From Cyanophyceae cyanobacterium (GTDB lineage: Bacteria > Cyanobacteriota > Cyanobacteriia > Cyanobacteriales > JBHJGN01): a stretch of DNA of 64,000 bases. Of this stretch, positions 1-9,076 are shown piece after piece. The stretch's first letter is position 1. Every line of letters starts with the position of its first letter. Location: NCBI GenBank assembly GCA_050331735.1, contig JBHJGN010000004.1:64001-128000 (forward strand), read 5' to 3'. The notes under the pieces are model-generated. The model did no database searches, was not told the origin of the DNA, and saw nothing but the letters and a program-made list of their open reading frames with translations. The position numbers and the translations under genes are program-made.

Positions 1-233
1 TCAGCAACGCTTTCTTGATGCTCTAAGTCGGCGAGACGTTCGTTTGAACGGAGAAAGGCAAGCACTGAAGCAATTGCCTCACCAGATCCAGCGATGGTGC
101 CGTTGATGCCCTCGGTGGCAAGCAGAATTGTTCCTTTAATCTGCTGTTTGTGGCCATAGGCGATTAAGGCAGCTTGAAACTCAGTTAAGTCTGGTAGCCG
201 AACAAACTTATAGAACGTAGCAACAACGATCAT
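1..233 (-). CDS. trhO: Rhodanese-related tRNA hydroxylase TrhO/UPF0176, N-terminal part (runs off the window start)
   Basis: Manual translation from ATG at 233: MIVVATFYKFVRLPD...IKGTILLATEGINGTIAG, the typical TrhO N-terminus; absent from the ORF track. Confidence 0.85.
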   Translation of the reverse strand, partial: MIVVATFYKFVRLPDLTEFQAALIAYGHKQQIKGTILLATEGINGTIAGSGEAIASVLAFLRSNERLADLEHQESVA

Positions 234-310
234 GCAACTTTGCAACTTATAGCTGAGCGCGATTTCTTTCCCAACTTTATTGTAATCGGCTATAATAGCT
301 AAGTGCCTAT

Positions 311-384
311 GGGGGTATAGCTCAGTTGGTAGTAGCACCTGCTTTGCAAGCAGGATGTCAGCGGTTCGAGTCCGCTTACCTCCA
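311..384 (+). tRNA. tRNA-Ala(TGC), stand-alone, CCA not encoded
   Basis: Acceptor stem GGGGGTA/TACCTCC with G3:U70; anticodon arm CCTGC-TTTGCAA-GCAGG; T-loop TTCGAGT. Confidence 0.95.
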
Positions 385-516
385 CTCAATCTAACTCTTT
401 AATCAATGCTTAAGGTCTGCCTTTGAGCAGGCGAAGTTATCTCATCAGAAAGATGTCCCAAGGCGAAAGCTAACCGTACCTTTAAGAAGTTCTGATAGTG
501 AAGGTTAGCAACAAAC

Positions 517-711
517 ATGGCTAAAGCGAATCCGATTGAGATGCAAAAGTATTTAAAGGGAATGGACTACCCTGCCAGTCAGCAAGATTTGGTGGACCAC
601 GCCAAGAAAAATGGGGCTGACGACGATACAGTTTCCGTTCTTGAACAGTTGCCTGACAAGCACTATGAAACAGCCGCTGATGTTAGTAAAGCAGTCGGTC
701 AGGTCGAATAA
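517..711 (+). CDS. DUF2795 family small protein
   Basis: NPIEMQKYLKGMDYPASQQDLVDHAKKNGA...Y..AADV pattern. Confidence 0.85.
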   Translation: MAKANPIEMQKYLKGMDYPASQQDLVDHAKKNGADDDTVSVLEQLPDKHYETAADVSKAVGQVE

Positions 712-900
712 AAAAGTGGCAAAATACGATAGTGCAGGGGCCAGAAGACAACTCGGGGGAAGGGAGACAGGGACATTTCTTTTCAGGATTGGTTCTGCTT
801 ACTTTGCCTCATCTCACTTCTTTTGTGCTGAAAGCAAATCGTGAATTAATTTACCAGGCGGGATGTTTAGCTCTAAGAACAAGAGACTAACCATAAAAAC

Positions 901-1666
901 ATGGGAAAACAGCACTCTAGGGCCAAAAAAATCCGTCAATTGGTTTGCTCTCAGTTTGGCTATGAATCTCTCCGCCCGGGGCAAGAGGAAGCCCTGAATG
1001 CTCTACTGGATAGACGTGATACGTTAGTGGTCATGCCAACGGGGTCAGGTAAATCAGCCATTTATCAAATGGCGGCGCTGTTATACCATTTACCGAAAGT
1101 AGTCAGATAGTTCCCAAACTAACCAACAACTGGAGGTTCAAGGGCAAAGAGCTGCTGTGCTTCCCTTTCCCCTTTACCCTTTCCCCCAACTCATCAAGTC
1201 TCCTATTACTTTTTCTAATTGGTATTAATTCCTGGTGTGACGGTCGTGATTTCGCCGCTGATTGCCCTCCAGCAAGATCAGGTTGAGTCTATCAATGAGG
1301 AGTTGACGAGCGAGGCGGCAATTGTGAATTCAACAATTACCAAAAGCGATCGCCTGTCTATTCTATTGCCCCGACGACCTCAACATCCGTCGCTTTTTAG
1401 CCAGTAGCGGACAGATTGACGTTGAGCAAGTGGAAGCGGTAGCGGGAACCGTTGAAGAACACAATCAACCACCGGGTCGCGTGGTAGAAGATACAGACAA
1501 GTCCTTCTGGGGACAAACAAAGATTCTCCGGTACGAAGGCAACAAAGTTGTCGTGCTATTTAACGAGGTTGGTTACAAAACCCTCAGCGTTAAGCTAGCG
1601 GTACAAAGAAAGTTACTCAAGCGCCTCAGCGATCGCACAAGACAAGAAAAGCCTATTCAAGCTTAG
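901..1666 (+). pseudogene. recQ: RecQ-family helicase pseudogene (MITE insertion plus internal deletions)
   Basis: FGYESLRPGQ, MPTGSGKS (Walker A) and VVISPLIALQQDQV, then a jump to the post-motif-VI sequence AIACLFYCPDDL and a C-terminal WG...RYEGNKVVVLFNEVGYKTLS; no DEAH or motifs III-VI. Confidence 0.9.
1084..1224. mobile_element. MITE copy 1 (141 bp), TTA target-site duplication, inside recQ
   Basis: Imperfect terminal inverted repeats (TACCATTTACCGAAAGTAGT vs reverse-complemented right end TACCAATTAGAAAAAGTAAT, 15/20); TTA at 1081-1083 and 1225-1227; near-identical copy at 63094-63242. Confidence 0.9.
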
Positions 1667-1715
1667 CTCTTAATCCCTTTCCCTTTTCCCAACTCAACCA
1701 ATTTCTCTAACAAGA

Positions 1716-2750
1716 TCAACTAGAATCATCCTGAGTATATTGCTTGAGCCAAGTCAGGGCCGGTCTTTCTGTACCGTCTTTCCGTAATAAATAGGCATCT
1801 TTTTGCCAAATTTCTCCTTCTCGATAGCCCCACAGCGTAATGCCCTTAACGTGGGGATTCTCCCAAAAAAGCGGAAAGATGGCCTGATAGCTTTCTAATT
1901 GAGCTTGTTCTGAAGGGCCACGAATATCTAACTCTGTGATGTAAACGTCTAAGCCTATGTCGGTAATTCTGTCTAAATTCGTGCTGACTCTCTCGCGGTC
2001 GTTTTTTGTCAAAAAATGGCCCTGCACTCCCACCCCGTCAACTAATCCTCTCTCTTTCAACAGTTCGATCAGGGCAATATATTTTGTGGTTCGCTGGTTG
2101 CTCTTTAACACATTAATCTCGTTGATCAGTAGCTGGGCGTGAGGAGCCTGTTTTCTGGCAATCCGAAACGCTTCGATCACCCAATCAAATCCAGTTTCTC
2201 CCGACCCTCCTAAAGCCTCTGCGTAAAAGGGCGGTTCTACTAAAGCTTCATTGACAACCTCGATAATCGCTGTATCGGGATAGCGCGTCATAAAAGCTTG
2301 AATCCACTCTTCAAATTCTGCCTTCTGTTCCGACGGCGGCAAATCTTTCAGCCACTTAGGGGGATTGTGCCACCAGATTGGCGTATGCCACTTGAAAATG
2401 ACATTATTGCTCAACGAGAACTCATAGAAGATATCGAGCTTCGTCCAGTCCATGCGATCACGTTCTGGCTCGACCAATTGCCACTTGCCGTTGTTCTCGG
2501 GTGTTAACTGATTCCAATACTGAGTAAATTCCTCTGGAACCGTATCTCGAATCCCAACGACATTACCCAGAAATTTTTCGTTCGTCCGGGAAACAGAGCG
2601 TTCCGACCGCGGCTCGGCCCGATAGCTATTGCTCAAGCTCATGCTGCCAATTGCTAGCATACTGATGACGACAATCTTTTTGAGGCTGGGCACAATTAGT
2701 CTCTTGAACAACGACTTGGAGCGGCCAATAGCACAGAGTATCCGCGCCAA
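1716..2750 (-). CDS. GH10 glycoside hydrolase (endo-1,4-beta-xylanase-like), probably exported; start uncertain
   Basis: TPENNGKW, KWHTPIWW, VVNE (acid/base), GVGVQGH and ITELDI (nucleophile); hydrophobic N-terminal segment. Confidence 0.85.
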   Translation of the reverse strand: MARILCAIGRSKSLFKRLIVPSLKKIVVISMLAIGSMSLSNSYRAEPRSERSVSRTNEKFLGNVVGIRDTVPEEFTQYWNQLTPENNGKWQLVEPERDRMDWTKLDIFYEFSLSNNVIFKWHTPIWWHNPPKWLKDLPPSEQKAEFEEWIQAFMTRYPDTAIIEVVNEALVEPPFYAEALGGSGETGFDWVIEAFRIARKQAPHAQLLINEINVLKSNQRTTKYIALIELLKERGLVDGVGVQGHFLTKNDRERVSTNLDRITDIGLDVYITELDIRGPSEQAQLESYQAIFPLFWENPHVKGITLWGYREGEIWQKDAYLLRKDGTERPALTWLKQYTQDDSS

Positions 2751-2908
2751 CTAGCTGTCATTATGGTAGCTGCTTCCCCCAAATCGGAGGCAACAAGATC
2801 GGGCGGTGGATAAACGCGGAAATAGTCCTTCTCCGCTCTTGATGGTTGATAGACCCCAATCAACTATCAACAATGGACCGACCTCCGTTATCTCTGCCCG
2901 GAACGAGT

Positions 2909-3640
2909 TCAACGAATATCTTCGTAAAACTGCTTGAGATAGGTAGCAGAGACCCCCACGCCCCAGAGAAACCCAATGGAGAGGTAAATAGCATGAGCCT
3001 TCAGCGCTCCCCATTTTGCCACCCGACGGTCGGATGTTTGGACAATCCGATTAACTTGGCAAATCCGTCCAGATTTAAACAGCCTGCGACATAAATCCGC
3101 ATCTTCCATAATCGGTAAAGTGCCATCGAAACCGCCACACTGCCAGAAGTCGGCACGACGACAGAATATCACCTGATCGCCGAACAGAATACGTAACCCT
3201 CTAAAAAACAGATGCGGACGAAACAGCAAAGGAGCATAATAGGTTTTTAAAAAATGATGCAGCACCACCCCCCAGCGAGTGGTTTGCGGTCCTGCCATCA
3301 CTGAAACAAAACCGCCACAGGCTACAGTGCGATCGCTTAAAGTGTTCGCGATCACTTTTACCAAATCGTCAGGAACAATCGTATCCGCATGCAGAAAACA
3401 CAGTGTCTCACCCGAGGCTACCTTTGCTCCGTCATTCATTTGAACAGCACGTCCTCGTTGCTCAGAGAAGACCACGGTCACTCCAGCCGCTTTAGCAATT
3501 TCAACGGTGTCATCTCGACTACCGCCATCGACTACGATTACTTCCCACGGAGCCGGAGACAAAACCTGGAGATGACACAAAGTTTGGCCAAGAGAGGCAG
3601 ATTCATTTAAAGTCGGAATAATAATCGAAACGCGAGACAT
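2909..3640 (-). CDS. GT2 glycosyltransferase, TIGR04283-like
   Basis: SIIIPTLNE, VVDGGSRD, GRAVQMNDGA, FLHADT, FGDQVIF, PIMED, TSDRR. Confidence 0.85.
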   Translation of the reverse strand: MSRVSIIIPTLNESASLGQTLCHLQVLSPAPWEVIVVDGGSRDDTVEIAKAAGVTVVFSEQRGRAVQMNDGAKVASGETLCFLHADTIVPDDLVKVIANTLSDRTVACGGFVSVMAGPQTTRWGVVLHHFLKTYYAPLLFRPHLFFRGLRILFGDQVIFCRRADFWQCGGFDGTLPIMEDADLCRRLFKSGRICQVNRIVQTSDRRVAKWGALKAHAIYLSIGFLWGVGVSATYLKQFYEDIR

Positions 3641-3851
3641 ACAGAAGTCGTCAGCAGTGAGGAGTAATATTACATCTGGGCGAAAAGTGAGATAATTAGA
3701 ACCTAAGTGTTTTCAAGTTAGTGGTTAGTCGTTACAGATCAGGCTTTTCTGCTACTAACTACTCCCCAAATCCCACTCCACCTTTTAGTATTGCGATCGC
3801 CACACCCGAGAACAACGACTCAAAGGATGAGATGCTAGCAACCGACTGCTC

Positions 3852-4826
3852 TCAAAGCGGCAGGTCGTCGAGGAGATTTTGGGTTGAGTTAAGTAAAGAA
3901 CGCTGCGCCGATTGTTGCTGCTGAACGCTGGCAAAAGATTTAATCAATGGTTCTAAACAGCGCTGAGCGTCTTCGTAACCCCGCTGTCTCAGTAAGTTGA
4001 TGCGTACGGTGCTAAAGTCGAAAAAAGCCTTAGCTAAACCGACTGCTGGAGTAGCCGACTCCTGAATTGGGAGTTCTGGTCTAATTTCAATGACGATTTG
4101 GCCCGGAAAGTTGTGACGATTCCAGGTAGCTCCGTTGCCCAAATGAATCACGATCGCATGAGTACAGCCGCGAGCCGCAAGTGCGCCGAGAGGAACGTTA
4201 TCAGCCAGACCGCCATCTGCATAGCATTGACCGTTAATTTCCCGGCTCGGAAAGGCGAGGGGAATGGCTGCACTCGCGAGCAGTACCTCAAACATCTGAT
4301 CGTCGGCAAAATCTCGAACGCAGAGCCAGTGAGCTTTCGTTCCGGTACGGGCGCGAACAATCTCGACTAGCCAATCGGATGCTCCCAGGTTCAGAGACGG
4401 GAAAACCGCTACCCAAAATTCAGTTCCCCTTCTCAACCTGTTGGGTTTTATCGCTGCTCTCAGCACCTGTTCAATTGGTTTCGGGTCAAAAATGGCTGAC
4501 TGCAAGTGCTCTTGTCTAGAGGTGAGCTGCTGACCCCCCTTGAAGTAAGTAGCAGGCTGATTCCGACGAATAATGCCAATGCTGCCAAGTCGATCCCAAA
4601 CTTCATTGACTCTCTGAACTCCATTTTCAAAGGAACCATTAGCGGCTAGAACCCCGCCATTAAGAGCGCCAATGCTCGTGCCAGCAATAATTTGTGGCTG
4701 GATGCCGAGTTCTGCTAAGTAGGTCAGTGCTCCAACCTGATAAGCCCCTTTTGCCCCGCCACCAGCAAGGACTAAACCAAAATGAGGAGTTGCTTTCTGA
4801 TTCACCTGATTACTGAGTAGATTCAA
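3852..4826 (-). CDS. Patatin-like phospholipase (start may be GTG at 4805)
   Basis: GGGAKG glycine loop, GTSIG nucleophile Ser and DGG motif are all intact. Confidence 0.9.
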   Translation of the reverse strand: MNLLSNQVNQKATPHFGLVLAGGGAKGAYQVGALTYLAELGIQPQIIAGTSIGALNGGVLAANGSFENGVQRVNEVWDRLGSIGIIRRNQPATYFKGGQQLTSRQEHLQSAIFDPKPIEQVLRAAIKPNRLRRGTEFWVAVFPSLNLGASDWLVEIVRARTGTKAHWLCVRDFADDQMFEVLLASAAIPLAFPSREINGQCYADGGLADNVPLGALAARGCTHAIVIHLGNGATWNRHNFPGQIVIEIRPELPIQESATPAVGLAKAFFDFSTVRINLLRQRGYEDAQRCLEPLIKSFASVQQQQSAQRSLLNSTQNLLDDLPL

Positions 4827-5010
4827 TAGCGTTAAACACCTGTTTAATAATTTTGGGGTGTAAGATTTTGCCAGCGTGAAAAGGAATGATTACTCTGACT
4901 TAATTCTTGAGGTAGATACGATGACTACCCTTGCTTCTAATGAGTTCAAAGCCATCATTTACCAGCAATTTCTCTGCTTCGGAAGCTGTCAGTCTGGATA
5001 GTTTAGGCAA
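4810..5010 (-). pseudogene. hicA: HicA toxin with an in-frame premature stop
   Basis: MPKLSRLTASEAEKLLVNDGFELIRSKGSHRIYLKN*VRVIIPFHAGKILHPKIIKQVFNAIESTQ; KGSH motif; TAA at 4900-4902; TTG start overlaps the hicB end. Confidence 0.85.
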
Positions 5011-5227
5011 CCTGCACCTCTAATGTCGTAATCATCACTTCTTTGGTTAAAAGAGCCAATTTTTCTTCTTTTGATAAAGTTTCCAGGTAGAGTTCGACGG
5101 CTTCTGTAATGTTGACTTTGACCTCTTCTAAAGAATCTCCTTGACTTTGACAGCCTGCTAATTCAGGACAGTAAGCATAATACCCCTGTTCATCTTTCTC
5201 AATGACGATGTGAAGTTTGTCAGACAT
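5003..5227 (-). CDS. hicB: HicB-family antitoxin (short form)
   Basis: IVIEKDEQGYYAYCPELAGCQSQGDSLEEVKVNITEAVELYLE. Confidence 0.9.
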   Translation of the reverse strand: MSDKLHIVIEKDEQGYYAYCPELAGCQSQGDSLEEVKVNITEAVELYLETLSKEEKLALLTKEVMITTLEVQVA

Positions 5228-5240
5228 CTTCAGTTTGCTC

Positions 5241-6275
5241 CTAGTGCCACCGCAGCAGGTTTAAGCAATCGTTGGCGGTTTCCTCAACAATAGCAGTCAC
5301 AAATTCGCGGGCATCGGTGGTGCGGCAGATTGAATCGACCTGAGTCCGACACAGAGCGATCGCACTCTGACCCGGTTTTGAGGGTCTGGAGGATTCGGGA
5401 AGCGTTGCCAGCTCTAGCGTGGTCCCAATTGTAAACAGCATCGGAGCGTTGAGGAGTCGCTGTGGGGGCAGGGAGCGAATTTCGAGGAGGGCAGCCGTCA
5501 GAGCGCGATCGCTCTTTGACATGGCTGACCAAGCATGGTCTAGTAAATCGGCTAGGCTAAAAAAGCTCTGGGGAAGCTGTTGGCTCATCGAGAGCAGCTT
5601 GTTAATCAGCAGCGATCGAAACCGGTGAGTATCGCCGGTTTCCAGCTCATAAACAGCCACCGCACTGCTAAACACCTCTCTCGCCAGCAGCACCACCTGA
5701 ACGGCCCACGGCAGGTTAGTATAGCTTTGTCCGGCAGTCCATGCCGTCACAATCTGAGCCAAATCTTCGTTGGCCGCCACGCGCACTTCCAACTGTCTCA
5801 CTCGCGCTTCTAGCTGATTGAGGCGATCGCCCACCTGCTGCGCGAGACAATTGAGCTGTTGAGCGAGCAAACTAACGGCCTCCTGGTGGTCTTGAGAGAG
5901 CTGCCGATACCGCCGGATGGCGTTGCGCGCTTCGAGCAAGGATTGTTGCGTCACTTCTAGCGCCACTTGGCTAATGCGCAGTGAATCGCTCAGTTCTAAA
6001 ACCCATTGTCTGAGGGCTTCTTGACCAGCAATTAAATTCCCGTTGAGCAGCAGTTGGCGAGAGCGATCGCTTCCGTCTAGGCTGGACATCAATTGACCAA
6101 AATAGCCCAAACTTTTCCGATAGCGAATCACGTCGTTGCTGACCTGAATGCCGTTGACAATATTGACCAGTGCCCGATCGCCAACAATCGGAATCCGCTG
6201 CTGTAATTCTGCTAAATATCCCGTCGAATGGCTAACAACGTTGATCGGACTGCTGTGACTGAATTCTAAATTCAT
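5241..6275 (-). CDS. YjcZ/RdcB-like coiled-coil protein
   Basis: Starts 3 bp after the dynamin stop; IPIVGDRALVNIVNGIQV...GQEALRQWVLELSDSL and coiled coil resemble the YjcZ family, which partners YjdA/CrfC. Confidence 0.65.
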   Translation of the reverse strand: MNLEFSHSSPINVVSHSTGYLAELQQRIPIVGDRALVNIVNGIQVSNDVIRYRKSLGYFGQLMSSLDGSDRSRQLLLNGNLIAGQEALRQWVLELSDSLRISQVALEVTQQSLLEARNAIRRYRQLSQDHQEAVSLLAQQLNCLAQQVGDRLNQLEARVRQLEVRVAANEDLAQIVTAWTAGQSYTNLPWAVQVVLLAREVFSSAVAVYELETGDTHRFRSLLINKLLSMSQQLPQSFFSLADLLDHAWSAMSKSDRALTAALLEIRSLPPQRLLNAPMLFTIGTTLELATLPESSRPSKPGQSAIALCRTQVDSICRTTDAREFVTAIVEETANDCLNLLRWH

Positions 6276-6278
6276 GGC

Positions 6279-8624
6279 TTAGCGAGCATTTAGTAGAGCG
6301 TTAGTACGCTCAAGATAGATTTCTGATTTTTTGAGCTTTGCTGCTGTCTCCGAAACGAGAGATTTGAAGGTTCCCGCTAATTGACTCTCGGCGGCCAGGG
6401 ATTGCTGTTTGGCCTGCTGAGCTTGCCTGAGGCTGTCCTGGTAACAGTACAGGTAGTGATTGAGTTCGCCAAAGTAAGCCTCAACGTGCTGCTGCCATTC
6501 TTCCTGGACGTACTGAGCAATCTGTTGATTAAGCTGAGCGATGCTGTCGGTGATCGCCTGATTAATCTGCTTAGCTAATTCTTCTAAAGAAACAGTATAG
6601 TAAGTCTTTATTTTGGTAATGGGAATCTTCTGCTCTACCTTAAGCAAAAACAAAAAATAGAAAGGTCTTTTGACTTTAATTTCGACATTTTTGATCGGTT
6701 TGTCGATCTGCTCGACAACGGTTTGCCGACAGTTAAGCTGACGACTAGCAAGGGCAGGCCGCGAGAAAGTTAGCTCTCGCTTAAAATTTTGGGGGAGACA
6801 AGACTGAGCTTCTTCGAGCGCGGCTAATTCTTGAGTAAGCACTAATTGTAGCTGAGCTTGTGCTCTCTCAATTTGTTGTTCTATAGCGTTACCAACGTTT
6901 TCTAGCAGCTTGTTGGCGGCTTGTTGAATCCAAGTCACCGCTTGCTCAGCAAAGTTTCGCGCTTCTTGCTCAGTGGTAAACTCGAAGATGCCAAAGGATT
7001 TGTATTGAAAGCTCAAGTCTGAGTGTTTGAGCCAGGTGGAGAAAGTTTCGGTCTCATCTAGGGAGCTAACACTCTGTCCAGGGCTGAGCTGCTGTAGAAG
7101 CTGATGCCAGTCGTTGCTATCCTCGATCAAAAAATCCTCAACGCGAACCTGGAGCTTCTGATGAAGCAACTTAATGATATTATCTAGGCTCTGCTTCAGA
7201 TGGTGACTGACGGGCTCGACTGCTTGCAGGCGATCGCGGCATTGCTCAACGCCAAGTAGTTCCGCTGCTAACGCCTCCACCTCTAATCGCCATGTCTCTT
7301 CCTCTTGTTTCCACGCATTCTGGCGCAGATTGAGGTCGTTTTTGAGTTCCAGCAACAGATTGCGACCCAACTGGAGCGCCGACACCATACAGCGGGGAGC
7401 GGCACTTTCTAGCAGGGCTTGAATGGCTCCTCCTAAGAAGGGTTGCATTCCAGAGTCTTCCCACAAATACAGGGCCTCCTCCTGGAGTTCGGCTACCCTC
7501 GAGCGGGCCAGTTTGCTCGCCCATCGCGGACCTAATGCTTCTTGCGCTAAGGCTGATGCAGACTCTAGATCGGCTAAATTCGCGTCTGGATACTGCTGTC
7601 GCTCCCGGAGAAATTTGGCCGCCGAGAACGCCCGAATCGCTGAGACTTCAAATATCCGCTTGCTGTAGCGATGGTCAAATGACAAATCGGCACAGACGAA
7701 TTCCCGAACTTCTTGAGGAGACAAATCGCCTTGTCGTCGCTGGTCTATTTTGTTCACGAGAATGTAAAGATTTTCTGGCCCCAGTAATTCAATCACTGGC
7801 TGGACGTGTTGTTTCACTTCCGCAGCAGCCTGAGTGTTGAGCTGAGTAAAGTCTAGAACCAACAAGACGAGGGAGCTGCGACGCAGTTGTTCTTCCACCA
7901 CCGACATTAATTTCAGACTGTCCTCCGCTTCGTTCGGTCCTGGGGTATCCACAATCACCAAATTGCCAAGTTCCGGGGGCTGAGTTGGCGAGTGCCAAAA
8001 CGGAGTTTCGAGATGCGGTAACTCCATCAGGTGAGCCAGCGGATCTTGGGCAGGATTGACGATGCTGCAAAGGCGGATCACATCATTGAGAGTCGTGAGG
8101 GTATTCTCGATCTCCTCGCGTCCGCAGGCTTTTGCTAGCAGGGGGACTTCGGCGGGAATTGCCTCGAGTAGCTCCATCAAGTGAGGATACTGACCCACCT
8201 TTGTACGCATCTGTTCGATGCCTAATGCCTTAGTTTGCCACCGCAGTACCGTCAGAGCCGCCTGAAACACCGAGAGAATTTTGGGGCTGAGGGTGAGCAC
8301 TGGCTCTGCAATGGCCCCGTTGAACACAATTTCGGTGGGCAGCATCGTCATCGCGGTGTTGCGACTAGGCAGCAGCTCCTGTCCGACAATCGAGTTGACA
8401 ATAGTGGATTTTCCGGCCTTCATCGGGGCAACGACGGCCATTCTCAGCTCTAAATCTGCGACATTCCGCGCTGCTTGAGCAATTTCTTGTCGATAAAGGA
8501 CGTATGGGGGAGAGTGTTCGGTACTGAGCGCCGCAGCACGCTCCATAAGTTCGCCAATTTGCTTGAGTAGTTCAAGAACGTCTTGCTGTAGTTCCTGGAC
8601 GTTAGGCTTGAGAGTCATAATCAT
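6279..8624 (-). CDS. Bacterial dynamin-like GTPase (YjdA/CrfC-like)
   Basis: G1 APMKAGKST, LLPSRNTAMT, G3 DTPG, G4 NKID; long helical C-terminus with a hydrophobic patch FYFLFLL. Confidence 0.85.
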   Translation of the reverse strand: MIMTLKPNVQELQQDVLELLKQIGELMERAAALSTEHSPPYVLYRQEIAQAARNVADLELRMAVVAPMKAGKSTIVNSIVGQELLPSRNTAMTMLPTEIVFNGAIAEPVLTLSPKILSVFQAALTVLRWQTKALGIEQMRTKVGQYPHLMELLEAIPAEVPLLAKACGREEIENTLTTLNDVIRLCSIVNPAQDPLAHLMELPHLETPFWHSPTQPPELGNLVIVDTPGPNEAEDSLKLMSVVEEQLRRSSLVLLVLDFTQLNTQAAAEVKQHVQPVIELLGPENLYILVNKIDQRRQGDLSPQEVREFVCADLSFDHRYSKRIFEVSAIRAFSAAKFLRERQQYPDANLADLESASALAQEALGPRWASKLARSRVAELQEEALYLWEDSGMQPFLGGAIQALLESAAPRCMVSALQLGRNLLLELKNDLNLRQNAWKQEEETWRLEVEALAAELLGVEQCRDRLQAVEPVSHHLKQSLDNIIKLLHQKLQVRVEDFLIEDSNDWHQLLQQLSPGQSVSSLDETETFSTWLKHSDLSFQYKSFGIFEFTTEQEARNFAEQAVTWIQQAANKLLENVGNAIEQQIERAQAQLQLVLTQELAALEEAQSCLPQNFKRELTFSRPALASRQLNCRQTVVEQIDKPIKNVEIKVKRPFYFLFLLKVEQKIPITKIKTYYTVSLEELAKQINQAITDSIAQLNQQIAQYVQEEWQQHVEAYFGELNHYLYCYQDSLRQAQQAKQQSLAAESQLAGTFKSLVSETAAKLKKSEIYLERTNALLNAR

Positions 8625-9076
8625 GACGCAGATCCCAAGTTGTCAGCTCCAGTGTGGCATTTCTCCGAGAACCGAGTCATCGGTGAAAACCGAGGAGGCG
8701 ATCTTTGAGCTTACTGAGTGAATGCCGGGAACTTTGGGAGATGGGCTGCGTCTTTCGAGGCAGCCCTTTCTCCAGCAGTAAGGTTTCTGTACTAACAACT
8801 ACTGCCTGAGTTGCTCGCCCAAATTTTTCAGTGCATTGTCTGAGGCCCAATACTGCACAGAAGCGCTAGGGTGTTGTCTACCTAGCTTGAGCAACAACGG
8901 TCAGAAATTCGGTCATAAATTCCTTAGAAACGACCAGAAGGTACTGACATTCGCCAAGGACCGTGCCAAGATTGCTGTTAGGTAAAGTAATATAAAGCTA
9001 ACTTTTTCGTCGTTCTCTAGAGCCTTAGCTCCGGGAACCTCGTCTCCAGCAGACAACCGGACCACTACTTCCCGAG

